A stretch of 64,000 nt of DNA. Source: Acidobacteriota bacterium (GTDB lineage Bacteria; Acidobacteriota; Thermoanaerobaculia; Gp7-AA8). Location: assembly GCA_019244185.1 (NCBI GenBank), contig JAFATB010000019.1:224001-288000 (forward strand). The letters are read 5' to 3'. The notes beneath the pieces are model-generated. The model ran no database searches and was not told the origin of the DNA. It worked only from the letters and a program-made list of their open reading frames with translations. Position 1 is the first letter of the stretch, and each line of letters begins with the position of its first letter. Positions 37,400 to 46,158 of the stretch are shown one piece after another. A program made the position numbers and the translations under genes.

Positions 37400-39061
37400 C
37401 TACGCGGCGGGCTGCTGATTGAACACAATCGCTTCGAAATCACGCAGCGGATCTTCGGCCCGGCCTCCTCGTATCGAATGCATCATGTGCGGAATCTTGT
37501 CGAAGGTGCCGTAGGCAGTTCGGAGTGCGGCCCGATACGCGGCATCTTGCTCCGCATCAAACGGATCGCCTCTGCGTAGCGCTTTCGCCAGCACCTCGGC
37601 GAAGACCGTCTGGTTCAATCGGCGCAGCCTGAAGTACGTGTCGAAGACGAGATGCGACATGCGTGACTTGTAGCTCTCGCTCAACTTGGACGAGGTCAGG
37701 ACATCTAGCAGAATGCGGGCGAGGCAGATGATGGCGCTCTTCGGAATGTTGTGGTTCTCGTACTCATCGTTGTTCTGGATGTTGAAGAGCTCCGCGTCGT
37801 CGGTGAGGCGCTCGACCGCCAGAATCCAATCTCGGCAACGGGACACCATCTCGTAGATGAAGTAGGTGTAACGTGTTTCGTAGAAGCTGTCTGACGGAGT
37901 GTGGCGATCACGCGGATCGTGGTTCTCGATCATGCGAGTCGTGAGCACCTCGTAGTAGAGGAGCCACATGTGATGGCGGATGCGTCCGAACAACGTCGCA
38001 GTCACCATCAGATCGAAAAACACTATCGCGGCGTAGAGCGGCGAGTCCCAACAGCCGTCCTCGCGAAAGTGATCGTCTGCGGTCAGGTTGTTCGGATCGG
38101 AGTCATGCTCCCGGCGCAGCGCCAAGAGTTCTTCGTTTGCGGCATCACCGACCGGCTTGTAGATGCTGAGTCGTTCCGAAACGTGCGGATCATTGAAGAA
38201 GTAACTGAGAAGCGGCTCCCCAGAGGAGAACTGCGCGGCACGTCCATGCCCGGCACCGGGGTTGTCACGAAGCTCGCGATGAAGAACGCTGCCGGAATCA
38301 GCTAACAGCGCCCGCATGTAGTGTTTCAGGAACTCGAACATGTCGCGGTTCGGAGTGGCGAGCAGTTTGAAGGCGAGGTACGGCCGTCCTTTCGCCACTG
38401 CCTCGACGAACTCCCGTGAGCGCTGAATTCGACTGAGGAGTTGTTCTGCGCCCTCCCGCCCCGTTGCGGTTTGCGGCAGATAGCGAACCAAGGGCGACGC
38501 GAGCTTTCTTGCGACCGCTCGTATGCGATGTGGTCGGCGGGCGGCCGCTACCGTGTCCGCGTTCAGTCGAAGAGGTGCAAGTTCTTCGAGGTACTCGGCA
38601 GGAGATGGAGCGATCCAGCGCCGCACTCGTTTCCGCCACGAGTCTGTCCCGGCGAGTCGGCTGAGCCGTTCAAGATGACGGTCGACGACGTGCGCTGCTT
38701 CCGCATAGTTTTGGTTCCAAAGCAACTCCTCCATGAGAGCGTAAAGGCGGGGAACTGCGCGGCGCGACAGCCGTGAGAAGCGAAGGTGCATGCCGACTAC
38801 GGAGACCGTCAGCAGCAGAAGGACGAACGAAGCCCGTTCAGGCGTGAGATTCCACCGGCTCAATCCGAGGCGGGGTGTCAAGCCGAACGCGGCGAAGAAC
38901 GAGTAGAACTGGAGGTAACCGATTCCGATGCCGCCCAAGATCAAGAGCAGCCAATCTGTCGGACGGAAGCGGACACCGAGGTCGAGCTGCCGCGCACGAG
39001 GCATCAGTTGGTACGCAGCGACTGCGAGACCGATGACAGCGACCAAGGTGTCGAGAGTCAT
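37400..39061 (-). CDS. Hypothetical membrane-anchored protein
   Basis: 553 aa; about three N-terminal TM segments and a large helical soluble region; no recognised motif. Confidence 0.75.
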   Translation of the reverse strand: MTLDTLVAVIGLAVAAYQLMPRARQLDLGVRFRPTDWLLLILGGIGIGYLQFYSFFAAFGLTPRLGLSRWNLTPERASFVLLLLTVSVVGMHLRFSRLSRRAVPRLYALMEELLWNQNYAEAAHVVDRHLERLSRLAGTDSWRKRVRRWIAPSPAEYLEELAPLRLNADTVAAARRPHRIRAVARKLASPLVRYLPQTATGREGAEQLLSRIQRSREFVEAVAKGRPYLAFKLLATPNRDMFEFLKHYMRALLADSGSVLHRELRDNPGAGHGRAAQFSSGEPLLSYFFNDPHVSERLSIYKPVGDAANEELLALRREHDSDPNNLTADDHFREDGCWDSPLYAAIVFFDLMVTATLFGRIRHHMWLLYYEVLTTRMIENHDPRDRHTPSDSFYETRYTYFIYEMVSRCRDWILAVERLTDDAELFNIQNNDEYENHNIPKSAIICLARILLDVLTSSKLSESYKSRMSHLVFDTYFRLRRLNQTVFAEVLAKALRRGDPFDAEQDAAYRAALRTAYGTFDKIPHMMHSIRGGRAEDPLRDFEAIVFNQQPAA

Positions 39062-39382
39062 AAACCTTGGAATGTTCTAACAGTTGTGGCTGCTCGGACG
39101 TTCCCGCCGGGCTGCGTTAGGCCGCCGAGAGCTCGAAAGTCCCGACCCGGTGCGGTACTAGCCTGATTGGATAGCCGGCGCAAGTGGGGGCGCCACGAGG
39201 CTCGTCGTGCTCGTGGCAAGCTGATACGCTTCGCCAGCGTAGGAGCCGTGTGGTCCATCCTGGAGGAGTACGCGTACAGGCGTCCTGCAGCGCGATACGG
39301 GAGGAGCGACCCGTTCCTGAGTCGGATGGTGTATGCAGCAAGGCCGGAATTCGGATAATGCCATCGGGAATCAAAGCGATGC

Positions 39383-40426
39383 CTATTCCGACGGCCCGCG
39401 CTTTTCACGCCCTGCTTTCGCTACCCCATCCTCGCAGTCCGCGGCAATCCGCTCCAATACTTCCAGCACTGGAAGGCTATTCTTAAGGGGCGACTCCGAC
39501 GGTGTGCCGTGTCGCACGCTGTGACAGAAACTATGAAAGGCGTTCGCATAGCCAGCAGCATCCATACCACCTCGAGCCACGGGCAGCGAATACTCCACAT
39601 GGGCCTTGCCGCCGATGGATTCATCACGAATGTTCGCAATGCCCTCGCCGACGAACCGGGCGTCCCGATGATCTTTGACAACACCCAGGATGCCGGCACC
39701 AGTTACAAATTCTGTGCTCGTCTCGAATTTGTTCCAGTAATTACCAAGATCAAGGTCCGCACGAGCGCCGCGACTGAAGTCCAGTCCGACCTGCAAGGCG
39801 AACCGCCCATTCGCAAACAGCGTAATTCCGCTGGTAACACAGCGTGGTGGGCCAAATAGATCCAATGCCATCTCCACAGGATGGACACCGACAGAATAAA
39901 GATAGCTTCTCACTAACGACATGTTCCACATGCTGCTGCGTGGCTTAGCTGTCAAGAATCGAAGCTTCGCATACTGGATCGGACCATATCTCTCCACAAT
40001 CGCCCGCGTCTGCCGATACACCGTGCCGAAGCGGAAGTTATAATCCACAAATATTGTGCACCGCGCTTCTGTCGCGGCCTCTATCGCGGCAAGTTCGCGC
40101 AATTGGCTCGGGTGCTCCGCTGGCGGCTTTTCTATGAATGCATGAAGTCCGCGAAGAAGCGCGTATCGAGCCACGGCAACGTGGAGATGCGGCGGACCTG
40201 CTACCACGATTGCATCAGCCGCGATCGAATCTAAACACGTTTCCCATGATCCAGCATAAGCACGCACGTTGTAACGTTGTTCGAGTCGTTGCGCCTTCTC
40301 TTCGGTTCTGCAACACATCGCCACCATCTGTACCCCGTCAGCCACTTGGAGCATCGGCAACAAGTTCTCTTGCATATGCTCGCCGAGTCCAAGGATGGCT
40401 ACACGAATTGGCGACACGTGGCTCAC
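39383..40426 (-). CDS. Gfo/Idh/MocA family oxidoreductase
   Basis: RVAILGLG, DAIVVAGPPHLH, HAFIEKPPA, NFRF and GVHPVE; GTGA overlap with the upstream stop. Confidence 0.9.
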   Translation of the reverse strand: MSHVSPIRVAILGLGEHMQENLLPMLQVADGVQMVAMCCRTEEKAQRLEQRYNVRAYAGSWETCLDSIAADAIVVAGPPHLHVAVARYALLRGLHAFIEKPPAEHPSQLRELAAIEAATEARCTIFVDYNFRFGTVYRQTRAIVERYGPIQYAKLRFLTAKPRSSMWNMSLVRSYLYSVGVHPVEMALDLFGPPRCVTSGITLFANGRFALQVGLDFSRGARADLDLGNYWNKFETSTEFVTGAGILGVVKDHRDARFVGEGIANIRDESIGGKAHVEYSLPVARGGMDAAGYANAFHSFCHSVRHGTPSESPLKNSLPVLEVLERIAADCEDGVAKAGREKRGPSE

Positions 40427-42936
40427 GTCGCTTCGTCTCCCGCACGGAAGTACGGACTCAGAACGTCCTCGCATATTTTTGTGAGGACGGCCACCTTCGC
40501 CTCCCGAGCACCACTCGACCGATTGACCGACAAGTCAAAACTCACTTCGCGATCTCGCTCGTTCGGCCCGCGTATGTAGTCTGTCGCGAAGTGCAGCGCG
40601 CTAAACGACACGTCGTGATCCTCCATCCGGTTGTGTGTCGCTACGGCGTTCGCCATACGCGAAATTTCGTTGTCGATGGAGTTGGCGGTCAGCTTCGCTG
40701 AGAGATCCCGCTGGTTATAATCCTCCTCAAGGACTGTCGGTACCGACACATGACAACCGCTATCAAGGTGAGGGAACAGCGCCAGCACACCATTACGTGG
40801 CGCTGTGACCGCATGGACCACACGGTCGTGTTGCAATAACAAATACTCGGACGGGCAAAACATCCGCGAGTAGAGATCCTCCGGCGAAGTCAGCGCGCCG
40901 AGCTTTCCAACGTATAGCACTTCACGCGCGCCAAGCTCGCACACGGCACGCACGACTTCTTCGGAGATCGAGCCCCAGTAACTGTATCGAACGCCGAGCA
41001 GAGTTAAGAATCGCCCGCCGGGAAGCGAGTAACGATACGAGCCATAGTATGGCGTCTCGACCGGCGCTCGAACTTGTGTCGCCCAGCGCGCGTCATCGAG
41101 ATATTGCTTGATCGGCTCGACGTAGCCCAATAGTACGCTATCACCACCGTCAACAAGGTGCGCACCAAGTCCGGTTCTTGTCGGCAATCGCCTCTCAGCC
41201 AACGGATACCGAATTATGCTGATCCGCTCGTCGGCATGCGTCGTTTCTTCGAAGACAATATATCGAACGAGCGAGGCGTAATGCATGACGTAGTCGTGGC
41301 CGGGCGTGACGCACACGAGTAGTCCATCGGGCGCGCCCGGATTGCGACGTCGAAAGAACACTGGCCTGATGTGGTTGAATGCTTTGCTCTGGTGCGACTG
41401 TTCGCTTTCAAGCGGCACGAGGCTTCCCCAGCCATGCTGCACGGCCACCTGCGACACATCATCAGGAAAGACTCCGTGGACCTCTATCTGACCTCCGCGC
41501 GTTATTACGTCCTTGATGTCATCGGCCGGCACCTTGCGATGCACGTAGTCGTTCAGCGCACGATACATGGTGTGGTCGAGCGAGCGGCACACCGGCAAGC
41601 CGGACCATCCCTCAATAATTCGGTCGGCATACGCGGCCAATTCCGGACTTGCTGTCCCCGAGAACGCATACGCGCTGTCGGCCCCGGGAACATCGTCTGC
41701 GCTCGTCACGACGTTAGGCTGCGGCTCGGCGTCGAGGTAGCTCGTCCGGCGCGGCCCCGCCGGGACTGCAAACGTTGGCCCAAACAGGGCCAGTGGAAGG
41801 CCGCTTCTGATCGCGGCCGTTATGACGTCATTGTCGTTCGAACACTGCAGCTTCTGCCTAATCGTCTTCATGTGCGCCACTACTACTGCGCGCGCCAGAT
41901 TCGTATGAGTCGCGATTAGATCTGGCGATTGCAGGCTCAGCATGCCCTTCAGTACTTGGACTTCCTCGGACGACAACTGCTCGTTCCCGAACAGCGGCCC
42001 CAACGACAGTCCTTGTGCCGCGCCAGAGCCGAGCGCAGAGCGCGGCACCATGATCTGACCGGATATGTCGACGAAAAACCCTTGCAGGCCGATGCATCGC
42101 CCGCTTGCGTCGAACAGAGGCCGTTCCGTAACAAGAATGTCAGCCATCCGATCGACCATGATTTCTGTCTCTTGCACATTCACTCGCGGCGGCGCGTTGC
42201 CGGAGATCACTTGGCGATCACCCGCTTGAAAAAAAGGCGCGAGTGCGCGCCACGGCATGACATCGTCGGTTTTTCCGAGCATCGCCGCTGGGGAATCGAA
42301 ACCGGCGGCCTGCGCGTACCTCTCGTTGGCGGCGATATAACGGAGACTCGTGTCTTTTGCCCACGTATAGATGTCAGGGATATTCGCGGTGCCGGCGACA
42401 CCGAAGCTGTTCGGCACTCGGGCCACCAAGTGCGTTTCTGCGGACGGCTGCAACGTTGAACGGACTGCGGCGATCACCTGCTGAATTGCTTGTTCGCCGA
42501 TGTAATCCCGTTCGGCTTGCGTCAGATTCGGCGCGTTAGGCGCCAGATCAACATGGAGCGGGCTCGGCCACTTGGCAAGCACGATCTCTGGGATCCAGCG
42601 TGCACCGGCGGGCAGAATGAGTATTGGTGAGAGATCGCCTCGATCTACCCACCAGCGGACACTCCGATACAGGTCATCATCGGTGAATTCATGCATCGCA
42701 CCCGGCGTGCAGACCAGCAACCAAATGCAGGGGGTCCTGTCGCCTAGGTCGAGGACACCTCGTAGCGCCCTGGCAGCCGGCACGCCCGATCCAGGCCGGA
42801 CGGAGAGCACAAATGATTCTCTTGACGTGCCTCCGCTGACAACCACGGTGCGTCCTTGCAATGAATCATTAAGCCAGTCCGCTACTCGCTGACCATCATC
42901 CGCGCGATAGACGATGAAGACTGGCAATTCCAACAT
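40423..42936 (-). CDS. Multidomain protein: TIR-like + PAS + LuxR-type HTH + nucleoside phosphorylase-like domain
   Basis: VFIVYRADDG...LLVCTPGA (TIR-like); WAKDTSLRYIAANERY...LGKTD...PLFDASGRCIG (PAS); LSSEEVQVL...HMKTIRQKLQC (LuxR); LGAREVLYVGKLGAL...SVPTVLEE...IDNEIS...ATDY (PNP/UDP fold). Confidence 0.75.
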   Translation of the reverse strand: MLELPVFIVYRADDGQRVADWLNDSLQGRTVVVSGGTSRESFVLSVRPGSGVPAARALRGVLDLGDRTPCIWLLVCTPGAMHEFTDDDLYRSVRWWVDRGDLSPILILPAGARWIPEIVLAKWPSPLHVDLAPNAPNLTQAERDYIGEQAIQQVIAAVRSTLQPSAETHLVARVPNSFGVAGTANIPDIYTWAKDTSLRYIAANERYAQAAGFDSPAAMLGKTDDVMPWRALAPFFQAGDRQVISGNAPPRVNVQETEIMVDRMADILVTERPLFDASGRCIGLQGFFVDISGQIMVPRSALGSGAAQGLSLGPLFGNEQLSSEEVQVLKGMLSLQSPDLIATHTNLARAVVVAHMKTIRQKLQCSNDNDVITAAIRSGLPLALFGPTFAVPAGPRRTSYLDAEPQPNVVTSADDVPGADSAYAFSGTASPELAAYADRIIEGWSGLPVCRSLDHTMYRALNDYVHRKVPADDIKDVITRGGQIEVHGVFPDDVSQVAVQHGWGSLVPLESEQSHQSKAFNHIRPVFFRRRNPGAPDGLLVCVTPGHDYVMHYASLVRYIVFEETTHADERISIIRYPLAERRLPTRTGLGAHLVDGGDSVLLGYVEPIKQYLDDARWATQVRAPVETPYYGSYRYSLPGGRFLTLLGVRYSYWGSISEEVVRAVCELGAREVLYVGKLGALTSPEDLYSRMFCPSEYLLLQHDRVVHAVTAPRNGVLALFPHLDSGCHVSVPTVLEEDYNQRDLSAKLTANSIDNEISRMANAVATHNRMEDHDVSFSALHFATDYIRGPNERDREVSFDLSVNRSSGAREAKVAVLTKICEDVLSPYFRAGDEAT

Positions 42937-42942
42937 ACGGTC

Positions 42943-43887
42943 TCACCGCGCGGCCATCTCTTCGTGAAGCCTTGCTCGCTCAGCGGTCAACGCCGCAGCG
43001 AAGGACACGTACTGGTCGACACCCAGGTCGCTGAGAAACGACCACGTTGGACGCGCGGAGACCTGTAGCTCCTCTATCTGTACGTCCTCCGTGTATAGCG
43101 AGTGAACCAACGATTCACTCTCCGCCGGTGTGCGGCCTGTCGCCTGCGCGAAATACCTGGATAGCCTTTCGACGTCAGGCAGGTTGCGAGCGATGGCCGA
43201 TGCCGTGAAGGCTTTGGCAGCAGCGGCGCGCGCACCCTCGTCAAATTCTTCCCAGAGCCACCGGCCGAGCGCCTTGAACTGTGACGCGTGAATCGATTCA
43301 TCGTCTGCGTGCGTTCGGCATATTGTGCGCACCGATTCGGCCAGGCGACTATCGCCGGCAAACTTGCCAAGCTCAATCGAGATGCGCGTCTCCGTGACAA
43401 CACCGTTAAGCACTGTCACGATCTCACGCTGCGAGGCATCCGGCTCCTGGGAGCGCTGGCTTGCAAGCCGTCGTAAGAACAACGGCCCGGTGCGGTCAGG
43501 TGGGCGACCTAATCCAAACTGCGATCGAAGATCGGTAAGAAAGCGTTGGGACTGCTCGGCGTGAAAGCCTTCATCTGTTGCCAACCGGTACAGATCTTGT
43601 TCAGCGCGTTCAGGGATGTCGTACGGCAAACGTCGCACCGACGCGATGGCGGGAATCACCAGACAGTGTTCAACTTCAACGGTGTCTTCCAGGAACCCAC
43701 AGAAACACGCTGCTCCGAAGCGTCGGCTTTCATCGATGGAGCTGAAGTGGGGCTCGAGCAACGTATTCGGTGGATAGTAAATGTCGCCCGTGTCGACGCG
43801 AGGCCGCGGCAGTTCCTGCGATAGCAGTGAAGGCGTTCTCCCGGCACTCTCGTATGTGCTGTATCGTGGGTAGCTCGTGCTGGGCAT
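42943..43887 (-). CDS. AurF-family diiron N-oxygenase
   Basis: TVEVEHCLVIP, TDEGFHA, VTETRIS and HADDESIH give the E...DExxH...E...HxxDExxH ligand pattern of AurF/CmlI. Confidence 0.85.
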   Translation of the reverse strand: MPSTSYPRYSTYESAGRTPSLLSQELPRPRVDTGDIYYPPNTLLEPHFSSIDESRRFGAACFCGFLEDTVEVEHCLVIPAIASVRRLPYDIPERAEQDLYRLATDEGFHAEQSQRFLTDLRSQFGLGRPPDRTGPLFLRRLASQRSQEPDASQREIVTVLNGVVTETRISIELGKFAGDSRLAESVRTICRTHADDESIHASQFKALGRWLWEEFDEGARAAAAKAFTASAIARNLPDVERLSRYFAQATGRTPAESESLVHSLYTEDVQIEELQVSARPTWSFLSDLGVDQYVSFAAALTAERARLHEEMAAR

Positions 43888-43911
43888 GATGCAGCTTCCT
43901 AAATTCGACGA

Positions 43912-44721
43912 CTAAGGATTCACGCCGACCTTATCGTCCAATCGAAGTTGATCGCCTACGTTGACGTGCTTCCCGCCTTCGGACATGTCGAGTCGTGTAT
44001 TGACAGCGACCCGATAGTAGAGCGGCCCGAAACGTGCGCGCGTCGACCAGTCAGGAAGCGTTTCCAATCGCTTCGCGATGAAACGCTTTTCAAAGTCTGG
44101 CGTGGGCTGTCCAGTGATCGAGTCGCGCACCGGTACAACGCAGCGCTTGCAAGGCCCCACGCCATACAGGTGAACGTCGCCGAGGGAGAAGCCGACGTCG
44201 TCGCCGCGCTTGCCGAACAGCCGGTCTTCCCAGAACGCGGTGTCTGCGGATACTTCGACATTCGCTCTGAAGCGTCTTCTCGTTTCATCGAGATCTGACA
44301 ACGCATACCACGAGCTCATTTCGGCGATCGTCCCGGAGCTAATTACCGTTGGCCCCTGCGCATGCGAGTCGTCCGGAAATCCCGAATGCGTATCTCGTTT
44401 TATATGAACAGCCTTTGCGAGCGTGTCCGAGAACCACTCCTCTAAGACGGCCAGGTTTCCGACGAGATCGAATGTACGCGCCTCGGGAGAAGCGGGTGAT
44501 GTCAACGTAACGGCGAGGTTGGCGAGGTCGTACGTCGCCCTGATGTTATTCAGCCGCGCTTCGCTCTTGCCATTGATCCAGCGGTCGGCGTCGTCGTACA
44601 GCGCAAACTCGCGGTCGTGCTCCAGAGCGCCGCTGGGCAAGACAGCAGCAGCGTTGACGGAGATGCCATCAAGAGACTTGATCGGGAAGAGGACAATCTT
44701 GGAAACACGAATCTCCACCAT
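43912..44721 (-). CDS. MOSC domain protein (MOSC_N + MOSC; YcbX/mARC-like)
   Basis: FPIKSLDG, HDREFAL, GFPDD, RRFRANV, FWED and PCKRCVVP. Confidence 0.9.
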   Translation of the reverse strand: MVEIRVSKIVLFPIKSLDGISVNAAAVLPSGALEHDREFALYDDADRWINGKSEARLNNIRATYDLANLAVTLTSPASPEARTFDLVGNLAVLEEWFSDTLAKAVHIKRDTHSGFPDDSHAQGPTVISSGTIAEMSSWYALSDLDETRRRFRANVEVSADTAFWEDRLFGKRGDDVGFSLGDVHLYGVGPCKRCVVPVRDSITGQPTPDFEKRFIAKRLETLPDWSTRARFGPLYYRVAVNTRLDMSEGGKHVNVGDQLRLDDKVGVNP

Positions 44722-45937
44722 AGCTTCCTCATGAAGACGCGGCTGCAGTCACCGATCTCTACTCTGTTATGGAGTGTCAGCAGCGACGGATTCCCTACCT
44801 CCTTGAACAAAAAATCGGAGATTCATTCGAGAACGCCTGTACGATGGGCTCTCGTCCGACGTCATGGTCGATGGCGATTCGAGGCCTCTCGCGGCCGCGA
44901 ACGCACGATCACGTGTCAGCTTGAATGGCAGCGGGATGCAGCAGAACGAGAGCGATTGTCCGCGAGTGGCACTGCGGAAACGACTGCTTGCGATAGCACG
45001 GAGAGCACAACGAAACTCGTGTACCGCTGTCGTGACGATAGCCGCTTGGAGGCATGCGAACTGGCTTCCGAGATGTGCTTGGGCGAAGCCACCACTCTTG
45101 ATCGCCGATGAATCAGGGAGAGTTCGCGTCTTCGAGGAGGGATGTGCTTGCGGCCAATTCGACATACCTGCTGCGACAATCTTGGTGCGCGATTCAAGGC
45201 CGAGCGGCATAGTCGAACTAGATGGACTGGACTCCGGGCAGTTGGCGTGCCTCGAAGCTGGAGATGGCGTCCGAAAGTTGCGAAGAGAATTAGCATGGCA
45301 AGTCGCCGAATCAAAGCGGGTTGAGGCGATACTTCGTTAGTCTGATCCGGATCGAACCGCCGATGCCGCTCGTCGGCGGTTCAATGTCGCCAACTTCCGT
45401 GGTCCTTGCATCACTTTTTTTTGCGGCGGCGAGCGCGCCGGGCGATTCGCGGCCTCAACGTCACGCTCCGTGCGCATCTTCTTCAGCGTCTCGCGTTGAC
45501 CTGTGGGCAGATGCCCGGATGAGCCCCGAGAAGCGCAAGCCGAGACGCCCTTCGCGATTCGGCTGCCGTCGCGCGCGTGCTGGCGCACCCGCGGGGTTGG
45601 TGGAGGCGGAGGCGGTGGCTGGATGCCAACACTACCTGTGTGAAAACCGTCCGAGTTCTGCGCGAAAACCCGTCCCAATCCACCCGGCTTGACGCCGACT
45701 CGCGTAAGGAGAAACACTTGTAACAGTTGACGTTAGGCGAAACCAGTCGATCGCGCTTGTCGACACCTGAACTCCTCACTACTGAAGGTCGCTGCGTCAC
45801 GCCACAGCGAGCAGAGCGGTTCGAAAATCGTCTCGGATACCCCGCCAGGCGGGCGGCAACGTGCCGCTGCGCTGGTTGGCCCAGCCTTCTTCAGGGTTTT
45901 CATTCTGAAGATCGTGCGCTGCGAGACTCGGTCGAAG

Positions 45938-45943
45938 TAGAAT
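45938..45943 (+). promoter_or_regulatory. Putative -10 element for tRNA-Ser(GCT)
   Basis: TAGAAT followed by a GC-rich discriminator GCGCGCC, about 57 bp upstream of the tRNA. Confidence 0.45.
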
Positions 45944-45999
45944 GCGCGCCGCGCGGAATTTCGATTTCGCGTTTCTGCTTAGTGGATTGCGCTTCAGCC

Positions 46000-46093
46000 G
46001 GAGAGATGGGTGAGTGGCTGAAACCAACGGTTTGCTAAACCGTCGTAGGGCCTTAAAGCTCTACCGAGGGTTCGAATCCCTCTCTCTCCGCCA
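46000..46093 (+). tRNA. tRNA-Ser(GCT)
   Basis: GGAGAGA acceptor stem, ACGGT-TTGCTAA-ACCGT anticodon arm, long variable arm, GTTCGAATC, GCCA end. Confidence 0.97.
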
Positions 46094-46120
46094 CCGGGCG
46101 CCAGATGCGCGGCGTTCCGC

Positions 46121-46158
46121 TTCTCAATTCTTCATTCTGCGTTCTGCATTCTTCATTC
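46121..46158. repeat. Short heptamer tandem repeat (TTCTNNN x5)
   Basis: ttctcaa ttcttca ttctgcg ttctgca ttcttca ttc between convergent genes. Confidence 0.65.

Larger units (their letters stand above)
30078..45720. mobile_element. Genomic island inserted at the 3' end of tRNA-Ser(TGA); right boundary uncertain
   Basis: Recombinase remnant abuts the tRNA, base composition is visibly more AT-rich than the flanks, and the cargo is accessory. Backbone resumes at tRNA-Ser(GCT). No clear direct-repeat attR found. Confidence 0.8.

Noticed and set aside
39075-39122. attC-like site (GCCTAAC...GTTAGAA on the minus strand) just before the 553-aa gene
   Set aside because: Only 48 bp, no convincing L boxes, no matching site after the gene and no integron integrase in the window.
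44767-45340. ORFs 44864..45340, 44767..45210 and 44916..45314
   Set aside because: Mutually overlapping, with no motifs or clear SD; none can be preferred from sequence alone.
45605-45618. 13/14 match to the tRNA-Ser(TGA) 3' end as the island attR
   Set aside because: It is in inverted orientation, short and GC-rich, so it could be chance; not accepted as a boundary.
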